Assembly: GCA_034530615.2 (NCBI GenBank)
Contig: JAVRCV020000004.1
Coordinates: 96,001 to 160,000 of the forward strand
From: Aulosira sp. ZfuVER01
Lineage (GTDB): Bacteria; Cyanobacteriota; Cyanobacteriia; Cyanobacteriales; Nostocaceae
Reading direction: 5' to 3'
DNA: 64,000 nucleotides
Below the pieces are notes generated by a model. The model was not told the origin of the DNA. It did no database searches and saw only the letters and a program-made list of their open reading frames with translations. Below, piece after piece: positions 41,800 to 52,460 of the stretch. Both the position numbers and the translations under genes were made by a program. Every line of letters begins with the position of its first letter. The first letter of the stretch is position 1.

Positions 41800-42777
41800 C
41801 TAGACGTGCTTATTATTGAAGTCAGGAATTTCCTGACCATCCGAGACAATGGAACGAATGCCCTCTAAAGTTGCAGGAATAGTACGGGGGTCAATAAACA
41901 TGACCTTGCTGCTGTCGCTTTTACCAATTGTCGATCCCATATCCAGATAACCTAAAGCCAAGAGAACTTCCAACGCTGAACGCGCATCGGGGTTATTTTT
42001 AATTTTTTGAGCAATAATCTCTGCCGATTCAGCAACAGCTTGTGCTTTGAGAACTTGTTGTTGACGTTCAGCTTGTGCTTTGAGAACAATCGCTTTTTGT
42101 TCAGCTTCAGCTTGTAAAATTACAGCTTTTTGGCGGGCTTCTGCATCCAGAATTTGGGCATCGGCTTTACCTCTAGCGCTATTAACAGCAGATTCGCGAT
42201 CGCCTTCCGATGTTAAAATTGATGCCCGTTTGCGCCGTTCTGCCGACATCTGTAATTCCATCGATTCCTGCACCGCCTTAGAGGGGATAATATCTCGCAG
42301 TTCTACCCGCGTTACTTTCACACCCCAAGGGTCAGTAGCAATGTCCAAATCCCGCAATAGAAGTTCATTAATTTGAGAACGGGCGGTAAAGGTTTCATCT
42401 AACTCCAGTTGTCCCATTTCCGAACGAATTTGAGTTAATACCAAATTCACCATTGCCGACTGGAGATTTTCTACTTTGTAATAAGCTCTTTCCATATCCA
42501 TGATGCGCCAGTAAACCACTGCATCAACTGTGATCGAAACGTTGTCACGGGTAATGCACTGTTGTGGCGGAATATCTAAGACTTTTTCTCGGATAGTTTG
42601 TTTGTAAACAATCTTATCGAGGAAAGGCGTAACGAAGTTTAGCCCTGGCCCTAATTTTTTGTTGTAGCTACCCAATTTTTCAACCAAGGCCTCATCGCCC
42701 TGATTAATAACTTTAACTGAACCTGCTAATGCAGAACCTCCAAGTGCCAAAACTATTAGCAACAAGAACTGTTCCAT
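41800..42777 (-). CDS. SPFH/band 7 (stomatin-like) protein
   Basis: [32 protein letters not shown]. Confidence 0.93.
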   Translation of the reverse strand: MEQFLLLIVLALGGSALAGSVKVINQGDEALVEKLGSYNKKLGPGLNFVTPFLDKIVYKQTIREKVLDIPPQQCITRDNVSITVDAVVYWRIMDMERAYYKVENLQSAMVNLVLTQIRSEMGQLELDETFTARSQINELLLRDLDIATDPWGVKVTRVELRDIIPSKAVQESMELQMSAERRKRASILTSEGDRESAVNSARGKADAQILDAEARQKAVILQAEAEQKAIVLKAQAERQQQVLKAQAVAESAEIIAQKIKNNPDARSALEVLLALGYLDMGSTIGKSDSSKVMFIDPRTIPATLEGIRSIVSDGQEIPDFNNKHV

Positions 42778-42860
42778 TGTGATTCTCCTAAATTATTGGA
42801 TATTTAAGTTTCAACAGTGAAAGTTGAGTGAAAGAATAATCATTAACTTTGAACTAGTAC

Positions 42861-43295
42861 CTAAGAATGCAAGAGATTTTCAGGCATCACAATCAAGGTG
42901 GTGCCTTCTCTACGCACGATATAAACTCTTTGATGAGGTGCGACGCTGAGTTTTTCATCGTCGCATCTTGCTTGCCAAGAATTTCCTTCGTATAGCACCC
43001 GCCCTGTTTTTCCTGCGGGAATTTCAGTTAAAGTTTCACCTGTAATTGCATTTTGGATTTTCGAGTTGCGTCTTCGTGGTTGTAAAAACCTGCGGGAACC
43101 CACAATCAGTAATGTGGAAAGCAACAGCCAAACTACAACTTGTAGCCATAAACTTCCCAGAAAAAATTGAGACATTATTGCTACGGCAATAGCGCTAATT
43201 CCCATCATGAAAGCCACAAAAGCAGATGGTAAGAACAGTTCCATTAAACACAGAACCGATCCTGCCAAAAGCCAGATTAGGGTATAACTTGGCAT
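42861..43295 (-). CDS. NfeD family protein
   Basis: TM N-terminus, GRVLYEGNSWQA OB fold; standard partner of SPFH genes. Confidence 0.88.
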   Translation of the reverse strand: MPSYTLIWLLAGSVLCLMELFLPSAFVAFMMGISAIAVAIMSQFFLGSLWLQVVVWLLLSTLLIVGSRRFLQPRRRNSKIQNAITGETLTEIPAGKTGRVLYEGNSWQARCDDEKLSVAPHQRVYIVRREGTTLIVMPENLLHS

Positions 43296-43528
43296 AGCGC
43301 CATCCTGACACTACATTTATGTCAATGTATTTCTCTTGCTACATATACCTAAAGGCTGACTGCTTACGGAAAGCAAAATATGGTACTTTAACCATCAATT
43401 TTGATTAAATTCAGTAACAAGTTGTAGCCAGAGGTACACGAATCCAGTCTATTCTAGCCTTCAAGTATTTGACAGCTATATTTAATTGAAATTCATGAGT
43501 TGATTTGTTTCCTAAATTTATACAATGT

Positions 43529-45448
43529 ATGATTTCTACTCAACAGATAATTTATTGCATCAATCCAGACTGTACTAACCCCATTAATCCTTTGGGGAGC
43601 CGTGTTTGTGCTAATTGTCAAACTTCCTTAGTACATCGCTATCTTTGGGCAACTGGTTCTCAAGCAGCGAAAATTCCACCAGGAACAACGGTGGCAAATA
43701 GGTATGAGGTAATTACGCATCAAATTTGGTTGGACACTCAACCTGGATTACTCCCCGACATACCCGCAGAATTGCCAAAGGAAGTGATTCCTTACCTACG
43801 GTTATATTATGAGCGATTGCACCTGCCCCAAGCTTATGGTTATGTTCCCGCCTTTGAGGAAGATGGGGATGATATTTTGTTGCTGGAAAACGTGCCGATC
43901 GCAGAAACTGGAAATATCTATCCTGCGATCGCTAATGCATGGGAACAAGCAACGGCGGTAAGACAGGTTTACTGGCTATGGCAAATTCTCCAACTTTGGC
44001 AACCTTTATCAGAACAGGGAGTTGCTAGCAGTTTACTCATGTTGAACAACCTGCGGGTGCAAGGTTGGTGTGTGCGGCTGTTGGAACTTCACCAGACAAC
44101 AGAAAGCTTACCCAGTTTGCCAGATTTGGGAGAATCTTGGCAGCCTTTGGTAGCATCTGCCAAAGCATCAATAGCTCAAAGTTTACAGAATATAGTCAAG
44201 CAGATGTGTACCACTGAAGTTGAGTTCGAGGCAATTTGCACTCAACTCAATGCTTTGTTACTCTCATCTGCGGCAGAATTGCCATTAAATCTAGAAGTAG
44301 CAGGCGCAACCGATACTGGGATAGTAATGACGCGCAATGAAGATACTTGCTTCCCTGCTAACTCTCATGACCTCAAAGACTCACTCATCCCACACTTATC
44401 GATTGTTTGCGATGGTATTGGCGGACATCAAGGCGGTGAAGTCGCTAGCCAATTAGCAGTACAGTCAGTAAAATTGCAGATCCGGGCATTATTTGCAGAG
44501 TTAGCGGCAGAAACCGAACTAATAACCCCAGATTTGTGGGAAGAACAACTAGAAACCAGCCTGCGGGTAGTAAATAACGTGATTTGTGCCAGTAATGACG
44601 CCCAAAATCGCCAAGGTAGAGAACGTATGGCTACAACTCTGGTAATGGCATTACAAGTGCCGCAACGAGTGCCGGCAAACTCTGCTAAGGGTTCAGCAAC
44701 TACCCATGAACTTTACCTGGCTAGTGTTGGTGATAGCCGTGCTTATTGGATTACTCGAAATTATTGTCAGCTACTCACAGTAGATGATGATGTAGCAGCG
44801 CGAGAAGTCCGCTATGCGCGGAATTTATATCGTCAAGCGCTGATGCGGCCAGATGCAACTGCATTAACTCAAGCCTTGGGAACCAGAGATGCCGAATCCT
44901 TAAGGGTTGAAATCAGGCGGTTCATTTTGGAAGAAGATGGCATATTGTTGCTGTGTTCTGATGGGTTAAGTGACAATAATTGGGTAGAAGAATCATGGCA
45001 GAATTACGCACTTGCCGTGTTAAATAGGCAAGTGGATATAGAAGATGGTGTAAATCGTTGGATTAAATTTGCCAATCAAAAAAATGGTCATGATAATACA
45101 TCGTTGGTTATGACCCTTTGCAACGTTTCGCGAGAATACTTCGTCTCCTTAACTTATGCACAACCGCAAGCAGAAGTCATAGAAGCAGAAAAAACAGAGG
45201 ACTTCTCTTTGCCGGAAAGTTCACCAGTAATCCTAGATGTGGACATTGTAGAGGAAGTTATCCCAACCGATGTCAAACAACCAAGCCGAGGTAAAGCTTT
45301 AGTGCTGCTTGGAGGATTATTATTACTTTTGGGTGGTACAACTTTGGGATTATTAGTTTGGTGGCAACTTCAGCCGCAAACATTCCAGCAAATATGTCGC
45401 CAACTGCCCCCAGGATTGCAACAGCTATGTTCCCAGAATAGAGAGTAG
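43529..45448 (+). CDS. PP2C-family Ser/Thr phosphatase with N-terminal 4-Cys motif and C-terminal TM helix
   Basis: CINPDC...CANC; RNED, VCDGIGGH, VGDSRAY, CSDGL, GHDN. Confidence 0.88.
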   Translation: MISTQQIIYCINPDCTNPINPLGSRVCANCQTSLVHRYLWATGSQAAKIPPGTTVANRYEVITHQIWLDTQPGLLPDIPAELPKEVIPYLRLYYERLHLPQAYGYVPAFEEDGDDILLLENVPIAETGNIYPAIANAWEQATAVRQVYWLWQILQLWQPLSEQGVASSLLMLNNLRVQGWCVRLLELHQTTESLPSLPDLGESWQPLVASAKASIAQSLQNIVKQMCTTEVEFEAICTQLNALLLSSAAELPLNLEVAGATDTGIVMTRNEDTCFPANSHDLKDSLIPHLSIVCDGIGGHQGGEVASQLAVQSVKLQIRALFAELAAETELITPDLWEEQLETSLRVVNNVICASNDAQNRQGRERMATTLVMALQVPQRVPANSAKGSATTHELYLASVGDSRAYWITRNYCQLLTVDDDVAAREVRYARNLYRQALMRPDATALTQALGTRDAESLRVEIRRFILEEDGILLLCSDGLSDNNWVEESWQNYALAVLNRQVDIEDGVNRWIKFANQKNGHDNTSLVMTLCNVSREYFVSLTYAQPQAEVIEAEKTEDFSLPESSPVILDVDIVEEVIPTDVKQPSRGKALVLLGGLLLLLGGTTLGLLVWWQLQPQTFQQICRQLPPGLQQLCSQNRE

Positions 45449-45593
45449 GGATGAGGGAGATGAGGGGGAAAAAGCAGGGAAGCAGGGAGCAAGGGGACAA
45501 GGGAGACAAGGAGGACAGGGAGGAGAAATGACTATTGCCCAATACCCAATGACCATTGGCAATAGAATATCTATCTTGTTGTAAAATTGGACT

Positions 45594-45804
45594 TGGCGTT
45601 AAAGAGCCCCGTAAGAGCTAAAGCGGGTTTTCCTAGCCCGTGAGGCCGCTCATCCTCAAAAAAAGCGCCTCTGAGACACCCATAGGAGTGGACAAGTGCA
45701 CTGAGGAGTCCATGATGGTGTGGATTTTCCTAACCATCAGATAGCCGTCTCGTTAACTCCTGTGTTTGGCAAACTTATTGTGAGAGTTTGTTGAACTGTG
45801 GGAG
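45594..45804 (+). ncRNA. Unidentified structured RNA candidate (sRNA or long leader of ftrV)
   Basis: Closing stem, four internal hairpins, a G-U-rich terminal hairpin, and TAAAAT at 45582-45587. Confidence 0.5.
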
Positions 45805-46070
45805 GATAAAAAGTTAATTGAAAATTAAAGGATTAGACCTCTTGCTAAAGCACTAGGCGAATTTGATGTTGTTAATCTATCAGCTACAAAGCCTGCATGG
45901 GCAGGCTTTGTTCGTATAACAGTTACGGATGCATTCAACAGCCAGTCTGTAAATATGAGATGCGAAGCGTGATTGTTGCAAGCAGTCTATTTTTTCAAAA
46001 AAAGCAAGTTCAGCGAGGGATGGCTGTGGAGATAGTTGTGGAAAAGGAAAAGCTAGGTGTAAATGTTGTT

Positions 46071-46292
46071 ATGAAAGTTGGCGATCGCGTTCGTGTTAAA
46101 GATTCGGTAGTAGTTTACCATCATCCTGAACATCGCGGTCAGGCTTTTGACCTCAAAGGCTCAGAAGGCGAAGTCGTGGCTATTGTCACTCAATGGGAGG
46201 GTAGACCTGTAAGTGCTAATTTGCCATTCTTAGTCCAGTTTAGTAAAAAATTTAAAGCCCATCTCCGTGACAATGAGTTAGAAATTATCTAA
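46071..46292 (+). CDS. ftrV: Ferredoxin-thioredoxin reductase variable chain
   Basis: MKVGDRVRV...VYHHPEHR...SANLP...FKAHL; alternative start at 46020. Confidence 0.9.
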   Translation: MKVGDRVRVKDSVVVYHHPEHRGQAFDLKGSEGEVVAIVTQWEGRPVSANLPFLVQFSKKFKAHLRDNELEII

Positions 46293-46297
46293 ATCTT

Positions 46298-46519
46298 TCA
46301 AAAGCGGCGAAACCAGCGAAAAATATTCAGTTCGCCGCGCATTTTTTCTAGCTCTTGACGGTGGCTGATTGCGGTTTTGTAATACCATTCACAATGCTGC
46401 TGAAATTCTGAGCGCTCCCTAACTTCATGATAGAACTGGTGGGTTGTTTGATAAGAGGCAAAGGTTTCTTCAACTTCGCTGGGAGTTGCCAGGATAATAT
46501 AAGGTAAATTTTTAGACAT
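46298..46519 (-). CDS. Conserved hypothetical protein
   Basis: 73-aa ORF with FYHEV...HCEWY...ELEKMRGELNI. Confidence 0.65.
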   Translation of the reverse strand: MSKNLPYIILATPSEVEETFASYQTTHQFYHEVRERSEFQQHCEWYYKTAISHRQELEKMRGELNIFRWFRRF

Positions 46520-46750
46520 AATTTCAGGGAGTGCTGATTCCTGAGAAATTTAATAAGAGACAATAGGCAACAGGCAAGAAGAAAAATTGGATGAGGTAAA
46601 AATTCCCATCTCAAAGTTTTGGACTTGTTACTTTTTTGACCTTTGACTTTTATTGAGAAATCAAAGCTTTATAACTATTGAAATTATAGCGATTGCAATT
46701 AAACTTCTAAAACTCACAGTACTGCTTACTACTCAGGACTCAGCACTTTT

Positions 46751-47542
46751 TTAGAGCCAACCGCGCAAGCTATAGATAAAAAGACCAATATACTCTTTTA
46801 AAGCCTTAGTAAATTTGTCTAAATTGTCGCTATCAGGTAACAAATTCAATATAGCGGCTTTCGGACTGCTGCCAATTTCTTGAATTTCGCCTTGACTGAC
46901 CAGAAAATCAGTAGGAGCCGGAATCGCCTCAATTCCTTGACGCTGAAAAATTTTCAGTGATCGCGGCATATGCATTGCCGAAGTCACCAACAATACGCGG
47001 CGAATGTTGCGAGACTGTAAAATCTTCTTGACATTTACAGCATTTTGATAAGTATTAAGCGAATCAGGTTCTTGGACAATTGCCTCAGCTGGTATACCAA
47101 GAGATGCGAGAATGTTTGCCATATCTGCCGACTCTGGGGTACCACCACCACGCCAATCGACCCGACCACCACTGAGGATTAGTAGAGGCGCTTTTTGCTG
47201 ACGATAAAGTTGAGCGCCGTAAATGACGCGATCGCCCTGTTCGCTTAAATCAGGGCCAGGTCGAGGCCAAAAAGCTGATTTAGTAGCACCACCTAAAACC
47301 ACAATGGCTTCTGCATTAGGTACTTGGCTAGTTGCAGTATTTTGCCATTCTAGCGATCGCACCAGCCAGTAAGAAACCCAAGCATTACTGCAAAATAACA
47401 ATAAAATTAGCGCTATAGCTATTGCCACTGCTGCCATGCGCGGTCGTTTCCATAACACGAGCAACGCCACTACCAAACAGATAGAAGCTAATCCCAACGG
47501 ATAAAAAAACAGCGGTAATAGCTTAGAAAGATATAAAAACAT
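46751..47542 (-). CDS. YdcF/DUF218 (ElyC-like) protein
   Basis: AIVVLGG, ILSGG, SLNTYQNA, LVTSAMHMPRS. Confidence 0.9.
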   Translation of the reverse strand: MFLYLSKLLPLFFYPLGLASICLVVALLVLWKRPRMAAVAIAIALILLLFCSNAWVSYWLVRSLEWQNTATSQVPNAEAIVVLGGATKSAFWPRPGPDLSEQGDRVIYGAQLYRQQKAPLLILSGGRVDWRGGGTPESADMANILASLGIPAEAIVQEPDSLNTYQNAVNVKKILQSRNIRRVLLVTSAMHMPRSLKIFQRQGIEAIPAPTDFLVSQGEIQEIGSSPKAAILNLLPDSDNLDKFTKALKEYIGLFIYSLRGWL

Positions 47543-47596
47543 ACTGGGGTCTAGGAACTGCAAGGCGACACTTAACCCTTGACCAATTGCCTAATT

Positions 47597-48097
47597 TCAC
47601 CGTTCCCAAAACCTAAAATTGATACCTCCAGATGTACGACGGAAACGCCGAGTAGTTTTTCTTCTGCGCTTGACATTGCTTCTACCACTAGATTCTTCTT
47701 GTTCAGCCTCTTCTGTGGGTTCAAGCGGTAGCTGAGTTCTGGTTTCTTCCTTACTTCCCCACCAAGCGATCATCCAGCCTGCACCTAAAGCACCTAGTGC
47801 CCCCAATAAAATACTCATGGGTGCTGGATACCCTAACCAACTAAAGCCGATCAAGAACAATAACCAATATTTTAAGGCTGCATCAATGCCATCAGAGGAA
47901 GCTACAGACTGGGGCTGGGCACTACTCTTGCTGGCTGCGGTAATCCAGCCTAAGGTGAAACCACCCATGATGCCGAGAAAGATGCTCAGTGCTAGTGAGG
48001 AGCCTGTCATCGACAATACAAGGGTTAAAATTAAGCCAAATATCAGTTGTGATAGGAAGTTTGGCGAAAAATTCAAAAAGTCTTTTTTCTGTGCCAT
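47597..48097 (-). CDS. Hypothetical membrane protein
   Basis: Four hydrophobic segments and a basic C-terminal tail. Confidence 0.65.
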   Translation of the reverse strand: MAQKKDFLNFSPNFLSQLIFGLILTLVLSMTGSSLALSIFLGIMGGFTLGWITAASKSSAQPQSVASSDGIDAALKYWLLFLIGFSWLGYPAPMSILLGALGALGAGWMIAWWGSKEETRTQLPLEPTEEAEQEESSGRSNVKRRRKTTRRFRRTSGGINFRFWER

Positions 48098-48113
48098 GAG
48101 ATAAACCAGGCTA

Positions 48114-49655
48114 TTAGGAAATTATTGCTTTTAATTGTGCCTGTTGTGGCTGAGTTGTATCACAAATCTTAACGTAGGGTTTTTCAGTATCGGTGAATTG
48201 TTCAAATTGTTTAAGTTGGGATGCCAATAAATCGGCGGTAGCATCAGCGATGTCCCCAGTACGTTTATGAAGACGCTCTTGCACAACTTCTAGGGGTGCT
48301 GTGCATTGAACAATCTGGAGAGGTATTTGGTGCTTTTCAGCTTGGATAATTGCCTCTTGGCGTAAATGTTGTCGGTCATACTTAGCATCTAAAATTACGA
48401 AAAAACCTTGATTAGCCAGTATAATTCCTAATTCCAGCAATCGTGCATAAGTTTTTTGAGTCATTTCTGGTGTATATACTTCATCACCACCTCGCTCTAA
48501 CAAAGGAATTCCCGCCAAATGTTTTCGCACTGCATCTGAGCGAACGTGAATTGCTCCTAATTGACGGGCTAAATATCGCGCTGTAGTACTTTTGCCAGAG
48601 CCAGATAAACCCGACATTAAAATTAGTTGCCCTTGTTTGGGTTTAGTGTACTCCCAAGCTAGCGTGTAATACTTTGCTGCCGTTTTTGCTGCTTCTTCCT
48701 TTACCGCTACTGGCACACCAGGATCGTCTAGCAAAAATGAAGTCACTTTTGCTCTTACATAAGACTGACGGATTAAATATATGGGTAAAATCTGTAACCC
48801 TTCCCAATCGCCAGTTTGTTCTACATAAGTATTCAAATAAGCATTACTGAGGTCTTTTCGCTGCTGTGCTTCTAAATCCATTACCGCATAAGCGATATCG
48901 AACATGACATCAACAAAACGAAACGGCTCATTAAATTCAATGCAATCGAACAGCATGATTTTGTCTTGCCATAGAGCGATATTTCTTAGGTGTAAATCTC
49001 CATGACATTCACGAATGTAGTTATTTTGAATTCTGCTGGCAAATAATTCTGGGCGTTCCGCAAAAAAACGCTCAGTATATGCTTTAGTTTCGTCAAACTG
49101 TAATTGAGTCTGAGGGCCACCAATATATTTCTCGGTTTGCTCGTAATTCTCGTCAAAAGCAGCCCGCACTTGCGGTACTTCACCAAAACTCCGAATATAA
49201 TCATTTGTCTCAGTTTTGGCATGATATTGAGCTACGACTCTTCCCAATTCCTCTAGATGTGTCTCATTTAACTTACCCTGTTCAAACAGAGTGCTCAACA
49301 AAGCTTCTTGGGGAAACTGGCGCATCTTCAGCACATATTCTACAGCTTCATCGCTTCCCCCTAGATGGTATTCCTCTCCAGCTAGAGTTATGGGCAACAC
49401 TTCCAAATAAAGTTCCCCAGCACCTCGCTGATTCAACCGTAATTCTTCGTGACAAAAATACCGCCGCTTCTCTAAGGTTGAGTAGTCTAAAAAGCCAAAA
49501 TTTACAGGTTTTTTCACTTTATAGACATAATCGCCAGTTAGCAGTACATAAGAAACGTGAGTTTGAATCAGTTGAATGGGTTCGAGGACAGCATGGGGAT
49601 AAAATCCAGGCTGTAACATTTGCTGAATTAACGCTGGAATAGTCGCTTCTGTCAT
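48114..49655 (-). CDS. APH-like kinase / AAA_33 P-loop bifunctional protein
   Basis: QTHVSYV, ECHGDLHL, DCIEFN; GLSGSGKST, RSDAVRK. Confidence 0.88.
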   Translation of the reverse strand: MTEATIPALIQQMLQPGFYPHAVLEPIQLIQTHVSYVLLTGDYVYKVKKPVNFGFLDYSTLEKRRYFCHEELRLNQRGAGELYLEVLPITLAGEEYHLGGSDEAVEYVLKMRQFPQEALLSTLFEQGKLNETHLEELGRVVAQYHAKTETNDYIRSFGEVPQVRAAFDENYEQTEKYIGGPQTQLQFDETKAYTERFFAERPELFASRIQNNYIRECHGDLHLRNIALWQDKIMLFDCIEFNEPFRFVDVMFDIAYAVMDLEAQQRKDLSNAYLNTYVEQTGDWEGLQILPIYLIRQSYVRAKVTSFLLDDPGVPVAVKEEAAKTAAKYYTLAWEYTKPKQGQLILMSGLSGSGKSTTARYLARQLGAIHVRSDAVRKHLAGIPLLERGGDEVYTPEMTQKTYARLLELGIILANQGFFVILDAKYDRQHLRQEAIIQAEKHQIPLQIVQCTAPLEVVQERLHKRTGDIADATADLLASQLKQFEQFTDTEKPYVKICDTTQPQQAQLKAIIS

Positions 49656-49856
49656 ATTTCTAATTGATAATTAACCGCCGATGAACGCAGATAAACGCAG
49701 ATAATTATTTCAAATCATCGGCGTGTATTAGTGTTTGTAATTTTGGCTCTCGATATTTACGCTGTTAGCTTAACAAAAAACCAGGGTTTTACCCCTGGCA
49801 TTATCAGTAATTATGACAAAATTTAAGTAGCAAGAAAGATTCAATATCTTCCGCAA

Positions 49857-50153
49857 TTAGCTTTTGGCAGCAAAAAAGCTGACGTGGTAGGTTGTACCTT
49901 TTGCTGGATGGGATTGAACTTCTCGGACTACGGTTTTACCACTCCACTCGATCTCAGGAATGTTAAGTTCAACTTCTGTTTTGTTAACAACAGCGTGTTT
50001 GAGCAGGCGCTCAACTGTTTTAGCATCAACTACGAGAGAAATTGATTCGGCACCTTTGTGCCCGTATAAATTGGCAGGGATTAATCCAGAACGGCGCAAA
50101 GCATTTGCCTTGCTACCTTCTGGTCGCTTTTTAGATTCGACTGTCAGAGCCAT
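49857..50153 (-). CDS. rplY: 50S ribosomal protein L25
   Basis: [23 protein letters not shown]. Confidence 0.92.
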   Translation of the reverse strand: MALTVESKKRPEGSKANALRRSGLIPANLYGHKGAESISLVVDAKTVERLLKHAVVNKTEVELNIPEIEWSGKTVVREVQSHPAKGTTYHVSFFAAKS

Positions 50154-50240
50154 ACAAGTTGTTAGAGGTAAATTGTCAAGGGTCAAGGGTCAAGGGTCAA
50201 GGGTCAAAACAACTCTGGACTTTTGACTTTTAATTCAAAG

Positions 50241-51593
<1,353 letters not shown>

Positions 51594-52460
51594 CTATAGG
51601 TAAAGTTTCCACAAACAATAATTATCAACATATTCTGTTACCTATGTCAAGCACATTACAGAATATTTATTGAAACAAATTTATCAGCAAGCTAAGAGCA
51701 ACTAAAGTCAAGTGCTAGGGATGAAGATTACATACTTACGCACGAGGTTAGTCAAAAGTCAAGAGCAAAAATTCAAGAATCATTCTGGACTTATGAGTAT
51801 TGTTTGCCTTAAAAAAAATTGCAATACTTAGGCACATTTGCTTGTGAGATTTTAGTCATGAATTTACTCAGCAAAATATATGATTTAGCTGTCAGTACTG
51901 ATGTACTGCAAAACAAGTGGTTTATTGGAGAGCAAATAATATTAAATACTGTCCATTTTGAAACCTGGATCTTTTCGGGAGAAGATATTATCCTGTCGTA
52001 GCTTGAGTTCTGAACTTTACCTTCATTACAAAAAACTGCGGTTTTCAAGGTAGATGCAGTTTAAATTGCATATTGCTTTATTACATAACTTCTATAAAGT
52101 TTTATCTCTAGTATAAATAGATTCTTAGCTTATTGATGATTCTGACAGTTCAATCACCCTTAATTTATAGTATTATCTCAAATTTTTGATAGAACATCTT
52201 CACTGATGCGTATTCACCTCCTAATGCTTCTGTCATCACTTCATAATTGGCGAAGATATTGGCAATGAAAGGAACTTTTTAAGCAGCTTCTGTGTCTCAA
52301 GACTACCCTATAATTGTCTATGTTAGTGGATTGCAGAATGCATACCACAGATTTTGTCGTGTTACTAGTGCCGTACAAATTCTTGACTTTTATGAGGCAT
52401 TTGATTTTTAATCTTTAATTTTAACGCATAGGAGACATCTGCACCGTAAAGGGCGATCGC

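Noticed and set aside
45634..45738. 34-codon minus-strand ORF (MVRKIHTIMDSS...) or a TPP riboswitch (CTGAGA-CACCC)
   Set aside because: The ORF has no recognisable features and a distant RBS; the TPP core GAACCTGA...AGGGA elements are absent.
51809..52048. Overlapping short ORFs between purA and the histidine kinase
   Set aside because: TTG starts, AT-rich, no motifs; probably non-coding. The ORF at 59799-60032 is rejected on similar grounds.
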